In this document: positions 34,638-37,119 of the stretch, in pieces
Layout of the letters: the number at the start of each line of letters is the position of its first letter
Position numbering within the stretch: the first letter of the stretch is position 1
Source of the DNA: Verrucomicrobiota bacterium
GTDB lineage: Bacteria; Verrucomicrobiota; Verrucomicrobiia; Chthoniobacterales; Chthoniobacteraceae
Reading direction: 5' to 3'
DNA length: 37,119 nt
Assembly (NCBI GenBank): GCA_041191265.1
Contig: JBEEPE010000220.1
Location: forward strand, 1-37,119
The notes under the pieces: generated by a model
Seen by the model: the letters and a program-made list of their open reading frames with translations, nothing else
What the model was told of the DNA's origin: nothing
Databases searched by the model: none
Program-made: the position numbers and the translations under genes

Positions 34638-36140
34638 ATGATAACGGCTTTTAGCAACGCTTTTCGCGTGCCTGAGTTGAGAGGCAGGATTTTCTTTACC
34701 CTCGCACTCTTAGTTGTTGTCAGATTGGGTGCATCGGTCACTTGTCCAGGGGTGAACGCCGCCGTTCTGCAGTCGTGGTTTGATTCTCAGTTGACGGGTG
34801 AGTCTGGTGGTGGCGTTGCTGCTTTACTCAACATCTTCAGCGGTGGCGCGTTAGAGAACTGTGCGGTTTTCTCCTTAGGAGTGATGCCTTACATCAGCGC
34901 TTCCATCATGTTGCAGCTTTTGACGGCCGTCGTCCCGAGGCTTGGTAAACTCGCTAGGGAAGAAGGGGGAAGGCAAAAGATAATGCAGTTGACTCGCTTG
35001 GCAACCATCGGGTTGTGTGTGTTTCAAGGGTATCTTTTGAGTCTTTCGTTTGAATCTCCTGAGAGTAGTTTCTTCCTTCGCGGAATCGAGGCGACGGTTG
35101 CTAAGCTAGGTGGAGTGCCACTGGTCGCGGACAAGGGTTTTTTGTTTAGGATGACGGTTGTGGTCTCTCTAACTGCGGGTTCTATGCTTCTAATGTGGTT
35201 GGGGGATCAAATCACTGAAAGAGGAATAGGGAATGGGATGTCTGTGGTGATTAGTGTTGGTATCCTTGCGCGGCTTCCCGCGGGCTTGGTGCAGGCGTGG
35301 AAGACGTTCGTGCCGACCGCCGGCGCGTCTCCTGTGAGCCCGCTAGTGCTGGTTATGCTCATTATTTTCCTACTCGCCGTGATAGCGGCGGTGATTTGCA
35401 TTACTCAAGGGCAAAGGAGAATCAGTGTACAGTACGCCAAGCGGGTGGTAGGTCGGAAGGTTTACGGTGGGCAGTCTCAGTTCATGCCGTTGAAGGTTAA
35501 TTACGCCGGTGTGATGCCTATCATTTTCGCGCAAGCCTTGTTAATTTTCCCGTCGACCATTGCAAGTATGGCGTTTAAGGAGTCGAGTTCGGTGCAGAGA
35601 CTAACTCAGGCCTTGGCACAGGGTCCGCTTCACTACCTATTCTACACTGGGTTGATTTTCTTCTTTAGCTATTTTTGGGTGGCTACTCAGTTCCAACCGC
35701 AGCAGATCGCGGACGATCTTAAAAAGTACGGGGGTTACATTCCAGGCGTGAGACCTGGAGCTGACACGGCTAGGTTTTTGGATGTTGTGATGACGAGACT
35801 CACGTTTGCGGGTGCGGTTTTCTTGGCCGTCATCGCCGTGCTTCCGCAACTTCTGACTCGGCAAATGAATGTGCCTGACGTGACTGCTCAGTTTTTTGGA
35901 GGTACAAGTCTTCTTATTGTTGTCGGGGTGGTTCTTGACACGATGAGGCAGGTCGAGACTCACTTGATTCAGAAGAACTACGACGGATTTCTGCGAAGGG
36001 CGAAGGGTGGGTCAAGTGATCGAAGTCCATCTGCGGTCGCGGTCGTTTCTCAACAGAAGACAGGTGTTCTTTCTGTCGCGGTGGTGGCCCTAGTCATATT
36101 GTCGGCGTTATGCATCCTGGTAGCTTCACGCCTTAGGTGA
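34638..36140 (+). CDS. secY: Preprotein translocase subunit SecY, with a roughly 48-aa C-terminal extension
   Basis: Motifs: PELRGRIFFTLALLVVVRLG, LGVMPYISASIMLQLL, GDQITERGIGNGMSVVI, KYGGYIPGVRPG, ...IQKNYDGFL. It then continues for 48 aa including the hydrophobic stretch GVLSVAVVALVILSALCILVA. Confidence 0.95.
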   Translation: MITAFSNAFRVPELRGRIFFTLALLVVVRLGASVTCPGVNAAVLQSWFDSQLTGESGGGVAALLNIFSGGALENCAVFSLGVMPYISASIMLQLLTAVVPRLGKLAREEGGRQKIMQLTRLATIGLCVFQGYLLSLSFESPESSFFLRGIEATVAKLGGVPLVADKGFLFRMTVVVSLTAGSMLLMWLGDQITERGIGNGMSVVISVGILARLPAGLVQAWKTFVPTAGASPVSPLVLVMLIIFLLAVIAAVICITQGQRRISVQYAKRVVGRKVYGGQSQFMPLKVNYAGVMPIIFAQALLIFPSTIASMAFKESSSVQRLTQALAQGPLHYLFYTGLIFFFSYFWVATQFQPQQIADDLKKYGGYIPGVRPGADTARFLDVVMTRLTFAGAVFLAVIAVLPQLLTRQMNVPDVTAQFFGGTSLLIVVGVVLDTMRQVETHLIQKNYDGFLRRAKGGSSDRSPSAVAVVSQQKTGVLSVAVVALVILSALCILVASRLR

Positions 36141-36154
36141 GTGTATTTGGTGAA

Positions 36155-36913
36155 ATGGCGATTTCGTTGAAAATAGGGTCTGAGGCGGATGGAATGCGCG
36201 CGGCAGGAAAAGCGGCTGCATCTGTGTTGAGTGGTCTGTGCAAAAGGGTTGTTCCTGGGGTGTCGACCGCCGAAATCGATTGCTTGGCGGCTGATTTGAT
36301 TCGACTCAACGGTGCGACAAGCGCTTTTCTCGGATACCGAGGTTTCCCTGGGAATGTGTGCATCTCTTTGAACGACGAGGTGATTCACGGGATTGGGGGG
36401 CCAAGGGTGTTGGTGATGGGGGATTTGGTTAAGATAGATGTAGGCGTGAAGAAAGGTGGATGGATTGGGGATACGGCGGCATCTGTGAGTGCTGGGCCTG
36501 CGACCGATTTGTCGTCTCGGTTAGTGTTGGCCGGCGAAGCTGCGTTGGCGGAAGGGATTCGGTTCGCGAAGGCGGGTTGCCATGTCGGCGATATTTCTTG
36601 CGCGATTGAAGCCGAGGTTTTGAGGCATGGTTTTTCAGTTGTTAGAGACTTTGTAGGGCATGGTGTTGGCAGAAATCTGCACGAGGATCCTCAAGTTCCC
36701 AACTTTCGTACCAAGGGAAAAGGCGAAAAGCTCAGAGCTGGTATGACGTTAGCGATTGAGCCCATGGTGAATGCCGGCGGGTTCGGAGTGAAGATGTTAA
36801 AGGATGGTTGGACGGTCGTGACTCAGGATGGTTCTTTATCCGCGCACGTCGAGCATACTGTCTTGGTTACGGACGGTGAACCTGAGATTCTGACATGGCG
36901 AGGAACGATGTAA
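36155..36913 (+). CDS. map: Type I methionine aminopeptidase
   Basis: [25 protein letters not shown] aligns residue-for-residue with the E. coli Map N-terminus MAISIKTPEDIEKMRVAGRLAAEVL, so ATG 36155 is preferred over GTG 36137. Metal-ligand regions: [31 protein letters not shown]. Confidence 0.93.
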   Translation: MAISLKIGSEADGMRAAGKAAASVLSGLCKRVVPGVSTAEIDCLAADLIRLNGATSAFLGYRGFPGNVCISLNDEVIHGIGGPRVLVMGDLVKIDVGVKKGGWIGDTAASVSAGPATDLSSRLVLAGEAALAEGIRFAKAGCHVGDISCAIEAEVLRHGFSVVRDFVGHGVGRNLHEDPQVPNFRTKGKGEKLRAGMTLAIEPMVNAGGFGVKMLKDGWTVVTQDGSLSAHVEHTVLVTDGEPEILTWRGTM

Positions 36914-37113
36914 TTGAGGTTGAGGGCAAGGTTCTCGAATGCTTGCCTAACACGATGTTTCGTGTAGAGTTGTCCAATGGGCATCGGATCTTGGCTCACA
37001 TCTCTGGGAAGATGAGGCTTCATTTTATTAGAATCTTGCCCGGTGATAGGGTGACGATGGAAATGAGTCCTTATGATTTATCAAAGGGACGGATTACGTT
37101 TAGACAAAGGTAA
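36895..37113 (+). CDS. infA: Translation initiation factor IF-1
   Basis: [70 protein letters not shown]. It overlaps the end of map by 19 nt. AAGGAG follows at the window end, presumably for the next gene. Confidence 0.97.
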   Translation: MARNDVIEVEGKVLECLPNTMFRVELSNGHRILAHISGKMRLHFIRILPGDRVTMEMSPYDLSKGRITFRQR

Positions 37114-37119
37114 GGAGAA

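Noticed and set aside
35994-36137. The SecY C-terminal extension as a decayed remnant of adk, which normally follows secY.
   Set aside because: The extension has no similarity to the Adk N-terminus (no GxxGxGK P-loop) and is dominated by a hydrophobic helix. It is reported as an extension instead.
23271-37119. A drop in GC content (about 60% to about 50% by spot counts of individual lines) at the start of the ribosomal cluster, as a possible genomic-island boundary.
   Set aside because: The lower-GC side is the universally conserved r-protein cluster. The shift is explained by Lys/Arg-rich proteins and translational codon bias, not by horizontal transfer.
1-37119. Scan for CRISPR arrays, tRNA, rRNA or tmRNA genes, IS elements, integrases, phage genes and known defence-system genes.
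   Set aside because: No direct-repeat arrays, no T-loop (GGTTCGAnTCC) containing sequences in the spacers, and no transposase, integrase or defence-type domains in any frame were recognised. The only mobile-like module is vapBC.

Overview
All assignments rest on reading the supplied translations and the DNA by eye; no searches were run. The window looks like a chromosomal segment from a PVC-type bacterium (Verrucomicrobia or Planctomycetes-like). This is an inference from the many secreted Cys-type sulfatases and BNR/sialidase-like proteins, and from an r-protein cluster lacking tuf, rpsN, rpmD and adk.

Left part (1-23 kb, about 60% GC by spot counts, mostly minus strand):
- An edge-truncated membrane coiled-coil protein.
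- An operon of sialate O-acetylesterase, sulfatase and M20 amidohydrolase.
- A divergent Gfo/Idh/MocA oxidoreductase.
- Two more sulfatases, one with an extra C-terminal beta-rich domain.
- A 761-aa protein made of two tandem BNR propellers.
- A vapBC toxin-antitoxin pair with a palindromic operator.
- A GH33-like sialidase whose RIP motif reads HIP.
- An MFP-RND operon whose third gene is a short ClC protein with CLC-F (fluoride/H+ antiporter) signature motifs.
- leuDC with a textbook terminator.
- An NlpI-like TPR protein.

Right part (23.3-37.1 kb, about 50% GC, all plus strand): rpsL-rpsG-fusA-rpsJ-rplCDWB-rpsS-rplV-rpsC-rplP-rpmC-rpsQ-rplNXE-rpsH-rplFR-rpsE-rplO-secY-map-infA.

I see no CRISPR array, tRNA, rRNA, transposase or integrase, and no convincing wholly novel multi-gene system. 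The items most worth follow-up are:
- the RND/CLC-F operon;
- the atypical sialidase-like proteins inside a sulfatase/esterase locus;
- the SecY C-terminal extension with an extra hydrophobic helix;
- the roughly 500-nt unexplained spacer next to vapBC.
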